Part shown: positions 29,642 to 40,632 of the stretch, in pieces
Layout: each line of letters starts with the position of its first letter
How positions within the stretch are numbered: position 1 is the first letter of the stretch
DNA from: a virus
Lineage: Duplodnaviria; Caudoviricetes
DNA length: 60,327 bases
Virus record (IMG/VR): IMGVR_UViG_3300032053_000079
Coordinates: 1 to 60,327 of that record
Reading direction: 5' to 3' (one strand)
Translations under genes and position numbers: made by a program
The notes under the pieces: generated by a model
Database searches by the model: none
Told to the model about the DNA's origin: nothing
Seen by the model: the letters and a program-made list of their open reading frames with translations, nothing else

Positions 29642-31030
29642 ATGATAAAGTCACTTTCAGACGATTTTTTAAGAACAGGACATAATTTAGTTTACGGAAT
29701 TAGTGAAGGAAGAAAACGAAGTTCTATTTCTGCTAAGACTTCTAAAATTGCACAAAAGATACTTAGACGAGTAATACCTCAAGAATTAGAAAATGCTTAT
29801 TATGCTGACCCAATCACTTTTAATTCAGTAAATAAAAATGTTCAGATGATTATGTCAGCAGGTTATCGTTTTGATTTAGATGAATCTGATAGAAAAGATT
29901 TTATGAACTTTATTGAGGGACTTGGACAAATTGGAGAAGATTACACTTTTGATGAATTACTTGGTTATATTCTTTGGAGTCAGGTAGTTTTTGGTTATTC
30001 TTGGTTAGAGAATGTATATAATGAAGAAATGACAGATATACTAGACTTGACTAGAATAGACCCAAAACAAATGGATTATGCAAGAGATTCAAATGGAAAT
30101 GTTCTTTTAGACCCTAGTCAGAAACCAATAGGTTATACACAGACTATCGGAAATAGTATAAGTGTAGATGTTAGAAATTTAGGAGATGAAGTTCCAAAGG
30201 AGTACAAAGTATCTATTGATTTAAGTACTGGACAGATATTTTTATTACCTAACCGAATATCACTTTTTAAGTTGTATGTTGGTGCAAACGGATTTGATTC
30301 ATATGGATTAGTTGAACCTGCATATAAATCAATAGTAAGAAAATTAAATATAGAAGAAGCACAGACTAATTCAATATATGCAAGAGGAACTTATCCATTA
30401 GTAGATTATGTAGGAAATGAGAAAACTCCTGCTACTCCACAAAGACTTGAATCAGCTTTAGAGATTATGAAAAAGTTTAGACATGATAGATACTTTGCTT
30501 TGCCTTTTTATCATAGAATTGAACCAATTGAAGTAAGACAATCTGATATAGTAGACCAAACTCTTAAACATCTAAGAGAAAATCAATCAAGTGCGTTCGG
30601 TATGCCTTTAGCATTTGCTACTTCTGGAGGAGAGGCTACGAACAGATCAACATTGAATTCGCAGCAAAGATTACTTGAATATACACTTAATGATATTGTA
30701 ATAAAACTTACATCAAATTTATATAAATATGTTTTTACACCTCTTGCTAAGTTAAGAGGTTATAAAAGAGTTCCAAAAATTATTTGGAATAAAATAGGAA
30801 CAGAAGATTGGGATGAAAAGTCTGAGAGATTATTAAAATGGGTAGAATTAGGAGTTATACAATCAAGTGAAGTTAGAGAATTAATTGCAAAACAAGAAGG
30901 AATAGAATTAAAACCAATGCCTAAACTTACGGAAACTAAATCCGTTGAACCAAAACAAGAATTAAAAATTCCAAGTGAAATAAAAGAGGTGATTGAAAAT
31001 GCCAGAAGAAACAAAAAGTTTACAATCTGA
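29642..31030 (+). CDS. Portal protein
   Basis: 462 aa between TerL and protease; VFGYSWLE, YGLVEPA, AFGMP and NRST patterns. Confidence 0.85.
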   Translation: MIKSLSDDFLRTGHNLVYGISEGRKRSSISAKTSKIAQKILRRVIPQELENAYYADPITFNSVNKNVQMIMSAGYRFDLDESDRKDFMNFIEGLGQIGEDYTFDELLGYILWSQVVFGYSWLENVYNEEMTDILDLTRIDPKQMDYARDSNGNVLLDPSQKPIGYTQTIGNSISVDVRNLGDEVPKEYKVSIDLSTGQIFLLPNRISLFKLYVGANGFDSYGLVEPAYKSIVRKLNIEEAQTNSIYARGTYPLVDYVGNEKTPATPQRLESALEIMKKFRHDRYFALPFYHRIEPIEVRQSDIVDQTLKHLRENQSSAFGMPLAFATSGGEATNRSTLNSQQRLLEYTLNDIVIKLTSNLYKYVFTPLAKLRGYKRVPKIIWNKIGTEDWDEKSERLLKWVELGVIQSSEVRELIAKQEGIELKPMPKLTETKSVEPKQELKIPSEIKEVIENARRNKKFTI

Positions 31031-31436
31031 ATTTGAATATCCAATTAATCCAGAAGTAACAGAATCTCCTACTGATAAATTTCCAAGTGAACCTGATTGG
31101 ATTTATCCAAAAGATTTTGATATAAATGCAGAAGTAGAAAATATGGAAGATACACTTCTTAATAAATATCATGACTTAACTCATATTTATTTTCAAAAAA
31201 CATTAACTGGTGCTGAATTGAATTATTTAATAAACGAACTAATTATCTTACATTATAAAATTATAAAAGAATTTGAAAAAAGAAATTTAGTTCATTTTCA
31301 ACCAATTAATGAATTAGACTCTATTCATTTCTCGAATATAGAATATCAAAATTATATAAGTAATTTGAATAAAGAAATTACTGAAAATCCTAAAACAGAA
31401 GCAAATTTATCTTTTTCTAAGCCAACTATTGTTTAA
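30999..31436 (+). CDS. Hypothetical head-module protein
   Basis: SD GAGGTGA before ATG 30999; lies between portal and protease. Confidence 0.55.
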   Translation: MPEETKSLQSEFEYPINPEVTESPTDKFPSEPDWIYPKDFDINAEVENMEDTLLNKYHDLTHIYFQKTLTGAELNYLINELIILHYKIIKEFEKRNLVHFQPINELDSIHFSNIEYQNYISNLNKEITENPKTEANLSFSKPTIV

Positions 31437-31440
31437 TATA

Positions 31441-31481
31441 ATAACTTACACAAGTTATAAACAAATAGAAAGATTTATATC
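31441..31481 (+). promoter_or_regulatory. Pseudo-palindromic operator plus BRE/TATA promoter of the capsid operon
   Basis: ATAACTT-ACAC-AAGTTAT, then GAAAGATTTATA at 31468; ATG at 31503 implies a leaderless transcript. Confidence 0.65.
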
Positions 31482-31502
31482 TTTAATTTCTTATTTAGTT
31501 AT

Positions 31503-32498
31503 ATGATAAATCAAAAACTTAATATTGAATTACCTACTATTAGAAAAGATATAGTTCTTATGAGTCCAGGAATCTGGAATGGATTTGAATATTCTGCTAA
31601 TGATATAAAAAATGCCTTTGAAAAAACAGATTGGAAAAAGGCAAGTAATTTATTTTTAGACCATCCAGAGAATCCAAATAATGCAGCAGGTAGTTGGATT
31701 GGAAGAATAATTAATCAAAGATTCTCTGATGGACAAATCATGGGTGATTTAGAACTCTGGGATACTAATACTATTATTAAAACTGAAATGGCTAGAGCAC
31801 CTCTTGGTGTATCTCCTAGAGTAATAGGTGAAGAGAATGGAAATAAATTTAGTAATTTTACATTTGATAATTGGTCTGTTGTTTCAAAACAGGCAATAGA
31901 CCCAGCTTACATTAATCTTAATAAAACTCCATTAAAGTCAGAAACATTAATTCAAACAGAAAAAGAATTAGTAAAAGAAGAATTAAGTGAAGAAGTAAAA
32001 GAATATAATCGTGTTTCAGAAAAAATATTCAAAGAAGAAGAATTAACAGATGACGAAATGGAATACATGAAAAAGAAAATGAAGAAAAAAATGAAAGAAG
32101 AAAAATCAGATTCCCAAGAGGATAAACTGAAAGGAGGTAAAGAAGAAATGAGTGAAACTAATCAAGTTGAGATAGTTTCAGCAACTCAGAACGAGAAGAA
32201 AGAACTTTCTTTTGAAGAACTTTCAATTGAAGAGTTAAATGCAATTCTTGAAAAAGTGCAAACTGTTATTTCAAGCAAAACTCCAAAAGTTCAGGAAATG
32301 GCTAAACAAGATTTAGGATTAAAAGAAGAACTTGAAGCAATGAGAAAACAAGTTCAGGAACTTAATTCTAAATTAAATAAACCAGTTTCAAAAACTACAA
32401 GAGCAAATGCTAATGACATAAGAGCAACTTTAAACTCTCAGACACACTCTGATGGAGTTAGAGAAATGGCAAGTATTCTCGTAAATAACTATGGATAA
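31503..32498 (+). CDS. Prohead protease/scaffold protein
   Basis: LFLDH...WIG...GVSP protease-like N-domain, charged coiled-coil C-domain, directly before MCP. Confidence 0.75.
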   Translation: MINQKLNIELPTIRKDIVLMSPGIWNGFEYSANDIKNAFEKTDWKKASNLFLDHPENPNNAAGSWIGRIINQRFSDGQIMGDLELWDTNTIIKTEMARAPLGVSPRVIGEENGNKFSNFTFDNWSVVSKQAIDPAYINLNKTPLKSETLIQTEKELVKEELSEEVKEYNRVSEKIFKEEELTDDEMEYMKKKMKKKMKEEKSDSQEDKLKGGKEEMSETNQVEIVSATQNEKKELSFEELSIEELNAILEKVQTVISSKTPKVQEMAKQDLGLKEELEAMRKQVQELNSKLNKPVSKTTRANANDIRATLNSQTHSDGVREMASILVNNYG

Positions 32499-33636
32499 AA
32501 TGAAAGAATCTATACAAGAATTGAGTGGAGAAACTGAAACAAATGATGTCAGAGGTACAAGTTTAGGTACAATATATGGTAATCAGCCTGTTAAATTCTT
32601 ACAGGAAGTTATGGATGCTGCAAAAAAGCAATTTTTCTTTGCAAATTTTGTAGGAACATATACTCTAGAGCCTGGAACAAGGGCTATAGAAATTCCTAGA
32701 AGAACATTGTATGAAGGATATGCTGGTGCTACATGGAACACTGCAGGAGAACAAGCTGGTGCAGCTTCAGGTGTTGGTGCAGGTACAGGTCCTTATGCAA
32801 ATACAATAGCTGATATATCTTGGACTACTTTAGACAATAGTGCTAATGTTTTAGCTACACCTTTACCTGTTCAAATGGGTTATGCAATTAGACGTTATGA
32901 TATACGTTCTAATGCATTAAATCTTGCTCAATGGGCTAAAGATGAATTATCGTATGCTATCGGAGACAGAATTGATGTAGAAATAGGTCTTGCTTTCGGA
33001 AGTAATGATAAAACTACATTAGCTGCATCTGGAACTGCGGGTAAAATAGGATTATATGGAGGAGATGCAACTTCTGCTGCTACTTTAGCTGCAGGTGATA
33101 CATTGACTACTGATCTTATTGCTACTGCTGCAAGATACTTAAAAGCTAAACAGAACTGGTACAGAGCAAGTGGTTCAGGTCAATATGGTACATTTACTTA
33201 CGATTCAACTAAAGAGAAGAATTGTTGGCAAAATACACCAGATGATCCGTTCGTATTGTTTATTGGTCCTGCACAAGAGGAAGCTCTTAGAAAGGACAGT
33301 CAGTTCGTAAACGCTGCTGAATATGGTGATAACACTGTTGTTCAAAATGGTGAAATCGGACAATACTTAGGTATCAGAATTGTTGTAACAAGTAACGTAG
33401 AACAAACTGCTGCAAGTGGAACAGCTCCAGATAATACAGCTGCTACACCTGCATGTACAAGATGTATCTTAACAAAAGCAAAGAAATCTATTGCTCTAGT
33501 TTGGGGTCAATCACCTTCAATAGAGGTTTTTGAATACCAAAGTCAAGATCAAATTAGAATTGGACTTTACTGTGCATATAGCATAGTAGCTGTACATTCT
33601 GATGCTGTTGTCAGTATTGATGTCTCAGACGCATAA
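32491..33636 (+). CDS. Major capsid protein (HK97 fold)
   Basis: 381 aa; VQNGEIGQYLGIRIVVTSNV P-domain pattern; biased codons; followed by a terminator. Confidence 0.9.
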   Translation: MDKMKESIQELSGETETNDVRGTSLGTIYGNQPVKFLQEVMDAAKKQFFFANFVGTYTLEPGTRAIEIPRRTLYEGYAGATWNTAGEQAGAASGVGAGTGPYANTIADISWTTLDNSANVLATPLPVQMGYAIRRYDIRSNALNLAQWAKDELSYAIGDRIDVEIGLAFGSNDKTTLAASGTAGKIGLYGGDATSAATLAAGDTLTTDLIATAARYLKAKQNWYRASGSGQYGTFTYDSTKEKNCWQNTPDDPFVLFIGPAQEEALRKDSQFVNAAEYGDNTVVQNGEIGQYLGIRIVVTSNVEQTAASGTAPDNTAATPACTRCILTKAKKSIALVWGQSPSIEVFEYQSQDQIRIGLYCAYSIVAVHSDAVVSIDVSDA

Positions 33637-33699
33637 AAATATTTTATTTTTTTTTATCTTCAATTTTTTTTAATGAAGAATAGAAACAAAACAAACCAA

Positions 33700-33767
33700 T
33701 GGTAGAATTGGTGGTATTAGCCATACCTTAATCTGTGTTTTGTAATAAAGGCTAAATAATTCTACCA
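33700..33767 (+). promoter_or_regulatory. Extended stem-loop in the leader of the gene after MCP
   Basis: TGGTAGAATT/AATTCTACCA outer stem, TTAGCC/GGCTAA inner stem. Confidence 0.55.
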
Positions 33768-33819
33768 AAAAATACAATGAAAATCAAACTTAAAATAATG
33801 AAAGGAGGTAAAAAATAAA

Positions 33820-36084
33820 ATGGGAAATAAACGTTTCGGATGGCATTCAGGGACATTAACTTGTCAGGATGCCAAAATTAGAGGAGATTGCTATGTACAA
33901 GATGATATAGTATTCTCAGATGTTTCAGCTGGAACTTTAGGAGTTACTGGAGGAATTGATATGGGAGCGTCTACAAGTGCAATTGCCTTAGATATGGCAG
34001 ATGTAAAATGCAGTACTGCTGCAATAGATATTCAAGGAACAGGATTAACTGGAAGAGCAATTAGAATTGGTACTAAAACTACTGGTTTGAAAATCTCTAC
34101 AAGTACATTTGAAGCAGAGCCAGCAAATAACTATTTGTTTGGTTTGTTCAGTGTAGTTAGTTCTCCAGAAGCAACAGCATCAGATGAATTAAGAAGTGCT
34201 TGGATTAGAACAAGAGTTGATTCAGGAAGTACTATAGGAACAACGCCTGGTTGGGGCTATGGTGTCTGTGGAGCAGAAGTGCAACTTAAAATATATGGTG
34301 CAAATTTGTTTTCATGGCAACATTCAGCTTTATGGGCACAGTTAGAAACTCAAGGAACTACAAACTTCAAAAATTACACTTATTCACAATGTGTTTTAGC
34401 TAATGTAGGTTTAACAGGAACAACAACAATTGATGCAGGAGCAGTAGTAGCAGGAGTTACAATTAACTCAAATACAGCAACTGGTGTTACTGATACTGGA
34501 GGATTCTATGGTTTGTATATCACTGATAAATCTGCAACTAATAAGGATTTCCAAAGTGGAATTTTTATAGCAGATAGTGTATCAACAACTGGTATAAGTA
34601 TTGGACTTTGTACAACTGGTTTAAGTATTCCTGGAGCAACAACTACAGGTTTATCAGTTACAGATGCAACAACTGGAATGCTTTTGACTTTTGCAAATAG
34701 CAAAACTGAAGGTATTTCAATAACTACAGCATCAACAAAAACTTTAGGAACTGGTATGTCATTAAGTGGTTTAGGAACTTATACAAATGGTATTTTATTT
34801 GATGCTACTACATTTGGAACTGTAATGAATATTACAGGAGCTTCAACTCAGGCATTATATATTTCAGGAAATGCCACAGATGGTATCAAGATAGATAGTA
34901 GTTGCTCGGGAAGTGCATTGAATATCACTCCAGCAAGTGGTAAAACTATCGCAACAGGAATAACGATTGTTCAACAAAGCGGTGGAATATTGACTACAGC
35001 CATAACAGCAGGAGGATCAATAAATGTTACATTAGATGCACCAACAGCAAGTATTAATGGATTATATTCATTAATTAATGCAAGTGCATCTTCTACAGGA
35101 AATCTTGTAGCAGTTAGGGGTAAAGTAATAGTAACTGGAACAGGATCAAAAGTGTCTAAAACAGCACTTTGGGGAGGAATAGAATTATCTACAGTATATA
35201 CTGAAACTGGTTTAACTTGTGCAGTAAATGCACAGATTTCATCAAGTTCAGCACAGTGCCCAAACAGCATTGTACATATACAGTCATTGCCACTTAGTGG
35301 AGGTAATTTTGCAAACGTGCCTTATTTGTGTTTCAGTGAAGGAATAAATGCAGCACCAGCAGGAACAGGAAGCAATATCTTGTTTGAAGTTGGACATAAT
35401 GCAGCAACAACCACACCTACAATAGGAACTGGAAAGTTGTTCTTTGGTAATACATTGCAGATTGCAGTCAATCAGACAGCAGGAGTTAGAACAGCATTCT
35501 ATATACCTTTGTCAACTGCAGAAGCAAGTTACACAACAGCTTATCCAATAGTATCAAGCAAAGCAGCTGGAACTAATGTAAGCATTACAAACACAGCTTT
35601 GACTGTAGGAGACAATTACTCAGGAATTAGAGTAGCAGTTACTGAAGCAGCAGCAAATAATCAATATGGTATAGCAGCTTACTTTGATACAACAATTACT
35701 GGTGCACAGGCAAACCATGTTTATGGAATAGGTTCTTGGGTGAATTTTTCAACAGGATTTACACAAACAAGTGGACAAATGATATGTGCTCAGGATAATG
35801 GAGTGTATATGGGAGATAATACCTTAACAATAACTGGAGCTAAAGTAATCTTTGGTATGAGAATGGAATGTTATCTTGGCAACGTAGGCTCAGGAAAGCA
35901 CGGTGCAAGAGTATGCCCTTTCAGTATCAATTCGTGCAACTCAGGTATAACGGCTTTATTTGCTTGTGATGGTTCACATGACTTAGGAGTAGTTGGTGGA
36001 ACTGGAACAGATTTAAGCGAGATGGTACCTTTGTTAGTAGATAACTATGGCAATATCAGATATGTTAGGATATATGCCCCTTAG
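33820..36084 (+). CDS. Gly/Thr-rich beta-helix-like head fibre/decoration protein
   Basis: 754 aa, repetitive TTGISI-type rungs, no signal peptide, strong SD, directly after MCP. Confidence 0.6.
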   Translation: MGNKRFGWHSGTLTCQDAKIRGDCYVQDDIVFSDVSAGTLGVTGGIDMGASTSAIALDMADVKCSTAAIDIQGTGLTGRAIRIGTKTTGLKISTSTFEAEPANNYLFGLFSVVSSPEATASDELRSAWIRTRVDSGSTIGTTPGWGYGVCGAEVQLKIYGANLFSWQHSALWAQLETQGTTNFKNYTYSQCVLANVGLTGTTTIDAGAVVAGVTINSNTATGVTDTGGFYGLYITDKSATNKDFQSGIFIADSVSTTGISIGLCTTGLSIPGATTTGLSVTDATTGMLLTFANSKTEGISITTASTKTLGTGMSLSGLGTYTNGILFDATTFGTVMNITGASTQALYISGNATDGIKIDSSCSGSALNITPASGKTIATGITIVQQSGGILTTAITAGGSINVTLDAPTASINGLYSLINASASSTGNLVAVRGKVIVTGTGSKVSKTALWGGIELSTVYTETGLTCAVNAQISSSSAQCPNSIVHIQSLPLSGGNFANVPYLCFSEGINAAPAGTGSNILFEVGHNAATTTPTIGTGKLFFGNTLQIAVNQTAGVRTAFYIPLSTAEASYTTAYPIVSSKAAGTNVSITNTALTVGDNYSGIRVAVTEAAANNQYGIAAYFDTTITGAQANHVYGIGSWVNFSTGFTQTSGQMICAQDNGVYMGDNTLTITGAKVIFGMRMECYLGNVGSGKHGARVCPFSINSCNSGITALFACDGSHDLGVVGGTGTDLSEMVPLLVDNYGNIRYVRIYAP

Positions 36085-36211
36085 TTAAGTTGAAAACCAA
36101 AAACAAAATTTTTTATTTTTTTTCTTTTTCTTTATTTTTTTTTCTTAACGAAAGATTTATAAGTTGTGTATAATTAGTTATATTGAATAGATGTAAGGAG
36201 GTAATATTAAT

Positions 36212-36559
36212 TTGAGAAAAATAAAAATAAAGTCATGGAAATCAAAAAGTCCGATTTATGAAAATGGTAAAATTGTTGGTTCTGAAGATAAAGATGAAAC
36301 TCTTTTAGATGCTTTGAATGTACTAATTGCTAATAAAGATCCCAAAGAAATGTTAAGAGGACTTGACCATTTTAGAACAATGAATAGACTAAGTAAAGCA
36401 TTTGACAAAGCAGATAAATCTAAAGTTCTTGAACTTGAAGAAGTAGATTATAAATTTCTAAAAGATACTATTGAAAAAGATGCTCCTGCAATTTGGGGGA
36501 TGAATCTTTCAATTTCAGAAGCAATAGAAGATTTCCTTGAAGCAAAAGAAGATAAGTAA
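36212..36559 (+). CDS. Small helical protein, possible fibre chaperone (TTG start)
   Basis: SD GGAGGT; LELEEVDYKFLK pattern; follows the fibre gene. Confidence 0.5.
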   Translation: MRKIKIKSWKSKSPIYENGKIVGSEDKDETLLDALNVLIANKDPKEMLRGLDHFRTMNRLSKAFDKADKSKVLELEEVDYKFLKDTIEKDAPAIWGMNLSISEAIEDFLEAKEDK

Positions 36560-36640
36560 TTGATTTAATTTATTTTTTTTATTAATTGTGTAAGATAATA
36601 AATCAGAAAGATTTATATATTCTTATATATTATAAATACT

Positions 36641-37024
36641 ATGATACAAGACGAAGTTAATAAATTTTTTGCAAATAAGCCTAATCCTCCTACTAGAATG
36701 AGTTTAAATGGTAAAAAATTATCTGTTTCTAATTTGTCTAAAGAAGACCAAGAAAAAATAAAACAAAGATTAATTGAAAAAGACCCAATTCTACAAAAAG
36801 GACATGAAGGAATATTGCCTGGTATTTTAATAGATGGAAAACAAGTTACTAGAGAAAATATAAAAGATTTTGAAATTAAACCTAAGAAAGAAAAATTAGA
36901 GGAAAAAGTAGAACCTAAATCTTCGGGGGAAAAAGTAGTTGAACCTAAAAAAGTAGAACCAAATAAAGTTGAAGTTAAAAAAGAGGTTAAGAAAGTTGAA
37001 AAGAAAACAACTAAAAAGAAATAA
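36641..37024 (+). CDS. Lys/Glu-rich hypothetical protein
   Basis: Leaderless start after GAAAGATTTATA at 36606; KVEP repeats. Confidence 0.65.
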   Translation: MIQDEVNKFFANKPNPPTRMSLNGKKLSVSNLSKEDQEKIKQRLIEKDPILQKGHEGILPGILIDGKQVTRENIKDFEIKPKKEKLEEKVEPKSSGEKVVEPKKVEPNKVEVKKEVKKVEKKTTKKK

Positions 37025-37182
37025 TGGGTGCACAAAATTATCATAAAGCGGCAAAAGCAAAAGTGGTATTAAGTTTACCTGCTCTTTGTGATACTGAAAT
37101 TGGTGAAATTTATATTGATGCTACAAATAATCGCATATATGTCAGATTGATTTCTGGCTGGAAATATGCAGGATTGACATAA
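37024..37182 (+). CDS. 52-aa protein with fibre-type GEIYIDATNNRIYVR...W motif
   Basis: Translated by hand; coupled by TAATG overlaps on both sides. Confidence 0.65.
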   Translation: MGAQNYHKAAKAKVVLSLPALCDTEIGEIYIDATNNRIYVRLISGWKYAGLT

Positions 37183-37361
37183 TGACAGTTGTAAAAACAG
37201 CAAGTGCTTCGAGTGTTGGACAGACAAATTGGATTAGAATAAGTGGAACTATCCAAGAAGTATTAAACGCATTATCTTCTGAAAGTATGTCTGCATTAAA
37301 TGTTCCTTACTATACAGATAATGGTACTGATGCCGTTGCGGTGGTCTGCCGTCAGAGGTGA
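37182..37361 (+). CDS. 59-aa protein, paralog of 40632-40817
   Basis: MTVVKTASASSVGQTNWIRISGTIQEVLNALSSESMSALNVPYYTDNGTDAVAVVCRQR. Confidence 0.75.
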   Translation: MTVVKTASASSVGQTNWIRISGTIQEVLNALSSESMSALNVPYYTDNGTDAVAVVCRQR

Positions 37362-37365
37362 CTCT

Positions 37366-40300
37366 GTGGCAAATAAATATTTAATAGGATTTCTATTATT
37401 GGTTGTTTTATCTACATCTGCATATATTGTTTTTAATCAAAATGAATTAAAAATAAATGTATCGAAGACTTCTACTACTTTTTATGTAAATCAAACTGGA
37501 CTTTTTGAAACTTCTGGAGTAGAATATAATTCTATTTATAATGGAACTAAAAAATTAACAGTTTCTTCTGATAATATATTTGTAACCACTGAAATTAAAG
37601 ATAAAGATGTATTTATTTATAGAACTGCAAATTATTTAAATGGAATGATTGTTAAAGATACATATTATTTTCAAGGAAATAATGACAAAAAAGAGAACTT
37701 TCCAATAAAACATACTATTGAAATAATTAATGGAAAAGGATTAATTTATGAATATAAAGTAAATAAATTAGATTATTCAGGTTCTACTATTAAAAATCCA
37801 AAATCTCCTCAATCTTTTGGTAAAAATATGAAGGTTACTTTTCAAGATGGTTATTATTATTCTAATCTTGCTAAATTAACTTCTGGTGGAGAATTAAAAG
37901 TTAAGTATAAAATTAATTCAGATAATGAGATTTTTAATGTAAGACTTTTTGACCCAATTTGGATTGGATGGACTACACAAAATGAATGTTTTCCTGGTGA
38001 TATAACTACTTCTAATTCAAGCCAGATTATTCAATGTAATGTTTCATCTACTGAAGGAATAAGCCAAATTAAATTTAATTGGGATGGAACTAATTATTCA
38101 TTGTTTGATTCTTCTTTAGTTTTATTTTATAATTTTGATAATAGAAGTGCTTTAGGTGAAAACTCAACTCATGTTAAAGATTTAAGTATTTATGGGAATA
38201 ATGGGACTGTTTATGGAGGTTCAAATATTAGTTGGACACCTAATGGGAAATATAATGGTGCTTTTAATTTTAGTGGAAATAGAAGTTATATAAGAAATAC
38301 AGGAACTAATTTTTATTTTACAAATAATACAGATAAAACAATTTCTTTATGGTTTAATGCAAATAATAAAGGTTCTTCACAGGCATTTATAAGTTTTGGA
38401 AATACTGCACATGGGATTAATTTTTATCTTAATTCTGCTGGAACAGGAATAATTCAATATCAAAATTCTAGTGGAGGTACACAAACTTCGGTACTTAATT
38501 TTGGGACTTCTAACTATAATTATGGTTCTTGGTATAATTTTATTATTAGTTTTTCTAGTGGAACTAATTATACTTCGTATTTAAATGGTGTTCTTATGAC
38601 TAATGTAAATTTAACATCTCTTTATAATTATACAAATAGTCAAGTTACAGTTGGTGCATTTTCAGATGCAACATATTTTTTCAATGGAACAATAGACAAT
38701 TTAATGATTTTTAATAAAAGTTTATCTTCATTAGAAGTTTCTCAGTTATATAAGAGTTCTCTAACTAAATATAATTCACAAAACTGGACTTTTACAACTA
38801 ATCAAACTTTTAATTATTCAACTTCATTAATTAATACGACTAATCCAATAAAAAGCTGGAATTATTATTTATGTTCTTCTAATTTAAGTGGAAGTGAGAA
38901 TTGCACATCACAAAGAACAATTACTCAAACAATTCCTAATAAAAATGTTATAATTAATTTTACTACTTCAATAGGAAATATTAATAATAACTTTTATGGA
39001 ATAAATGATGAATATTTAGTTTTATCAAATTCTGATTATTCTATTTTAGATGCAGATTGTGATGGAACGAGAGATACTCCTATTGATTTTAATAAGAATT
39101 TAAATTTGTTTACTAATGCAAAAATGAATTATGTAAGAGTTTGGGCTTTTATGCACAAGATTTCATTATCTGAAGGAGATTATAATCAGACAGTTATAAA
39201 ATATTTAATGGATGAAGCACAACGAGTTAATAATCAAAATGGAAGATTAATGATTACTTTTAGAGGGGCAGATGTAATGCCAGACTGGTTACAAAATAGA
39301 ACTACTGGATATTGTAATTCAACAGGTTGGGGAACTTGTACATCAAATAATGACACAAAATGGGCAGAAATAGTAAATTATGTGTTAAATAATCTAACAA
39401 CAGTAATACCAGAAAATAGAATAGATGTTGAGATAATGAATGAACCCTATGGAAATAAATGGTTAAATAATCTAACAACAGATGATATAACAAAAGGAAT
39501 AGAATATGTAAAGATATATAATACAACTTATGATTATCTTAAAGCAAGACATCCAAATATTGCAATAGGAGGAGCTGGATTTTATCATTCTTATCCTGTA
39601 ATAACAAATACCTTTTTAAGTAATATGACAACAAAAATAGACTTTGTTGATATTCATCCATATACAGGAACTTCTTATATATCTTCAAATCAATTAATCT
39701 CTGATGTTAGTGTTTTATTAGGGAATTGTACTTTATATGGGGCTAATTGTTCAAGAATTGTTTTAGGAGAATGGAATATTGTAAATGGTTATAGTTTAGC
39801 AAGTAATTTATATGAAACAGAAATAGCTTATGCTTATTTATCTATATTAAACAATTATCCTAACAATATAACTTCTTCCTTTTTCGAATTTACAAAATGG
39901 GAAAGTTATACTACTTGTTCAGCATTATTTCCAGAATATCCTTATAACTATCCTATGTTTATAGAATTAGATAATTATATAGCACCAACTTACAACGTCA
40001 CCAAAAACTTCGCAACTTACTGTCCCTCGTCGTCAACAGTATATCAATCTTCAAGTGATGATTCAACAATAAAAACAGTAACTTGTAAAGATGGAAATAA
40101 ATATAATATAATTTTGATAAATACTGGGACAAATTCGATAAATGCGAGTGTTAATTTAAGTGGGAACTATCCTTATAGTTCTATTACCAATTTAGTAACT
40201 GGAACAATTTATAATCTTCATAGTAATGTAGATGTAGGCATTATGGATTCTTATAATATATTTTACTTAGGAAGTGGTGAATTAAATGTATCACTAGGTA

Positions 40301-40632
40301 GTAATATAAGTGCTGTAGAATTTAGACCAAGTAGAATGAATAGTCAAGACGTCTGGGCAGTAAATCAAACAAACACTAAAGGAATATTCAATATTTCAAA
40401 TACTGGATTCGGTACTGCAACTATTGGAATTAAACTTAATCAAACTCAATCTGGTTGGGGAATTGAATGTAATAATCAAACAAGCGGTTCTTGGATTAAT
40501 CTTACTACTAATTATCAGACTATTTATTCAAATTTGCTTGGAGAAAGTAGTTTTCAAGTATGGTGCAGGGCAGACTTAAATTATCCAACTAGTCAATTTA
40601 AAGGGAGGATATATTTTAATATAACAAGTTAA
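37366..40632 (+). CDS. Membrane-anchored protein with LamG domain and clan GH-A (GH39-like) glycoside hydrolase domain
   Basis: GTG 37366 after SD GAGGTGA; N-terminal TM; FNGTIDNLMIF; catalytic-like IMNEP, DIHPY and LGEWN. Confidence 0.75.
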   Translation: MANKYLIGFLLLVVLSTSAYIVFNQNELKINVSKTSTTFYVNQTGLFETSGVEYNSIYNGTKKLTVSSDNIFVTTEIKDKDVFIYRTANYLNGMIVKDTYYFQGNNDKKENFPIKHTIEIINGKGLIYEYKVNKLDYSGSTIKNPKSPQSFGKNMKVTFQDGYYYSNLAKLTSGGELKVKYKINSDNEIFNVRLFDPIWIGWTTQNECFPGDITTSNSSQIIQCNVSSTEGISQIKFNWDGTNYSLFDSSLVLFYNFDNRSALGENSTHVKDLSIYGNNGTVYGGSNISWTPNGKYNGAFNFSGNRSYIRNTGTNFYFTNNTDKTISLWFNANNKGSSQAFISFGNTAHGINFYLNSAGTGIIQYQNSSGGTQTSVLNFGTSNYNYGSWYNFIISFSSGTNYTSYLNGVLMTNVNLTSLYNYTNSQVTVGAFSDATYFFNGTIDNLMIFNKSLSSLEVSQLYKSSLTKYNSQNWTFTTNQTFNYSTSLINTTNPIKSWNYYLCSSNLSGSENCTSQRTITQTIPNKNVIINFTTSIGNINNNFYGINDEYLVLSNSDYSILDADCDGTRDTPIDFNKNLNLFTNAKMNYVRVWAFMHKISLSEGDYNQTVIKYLMDEAQRVNNQNGRLMITFRGADVMPDWLQNRTTGYCNSTGWGTCTSNNDTKWAEIVNYVLNNLTTVIPENRIDVEIMNEPYGNKWLNNLTTDDITKGIEYVKIYNTTYDYLKARHPNIAIGGAGFYHSYPVITNTFLSNMTTKIDFVDIHPYTGTSYISSNQLISDVSVLLGNCTLYGANCSRIVLGEWNIVNGYSLASNLYETEIAYAYLSILNNYPNNITSSFFEFTKWESYTTCSALFPEYPYNYPMFIELDNYIAPTYNVTKNFATYCPSSSTVYQSSSDDSTIKTVTCKDGNKYNIILINTGTNSINASVNLSGNYPYSSITNLVTGTIYNLHSNVDVGIMDSYNIFYLGSGELNVSLGSNISAVEFRPSRMNSQDVWAVNQTNTKGIFNISNTGFGTATIGIKLNQTQSGWGIECNNQTSGSWINLTTNYQTIYSNLLGESSFQVWCRADLNYPTSQFKGRIYFNITS

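Noticed and set aside
27185-33636. Alternative genetic code, inteins or introns in core genes
   Set aside because: TerL, portal and MCP are uninterrupted and normal in size, and all three stop codons end genes.
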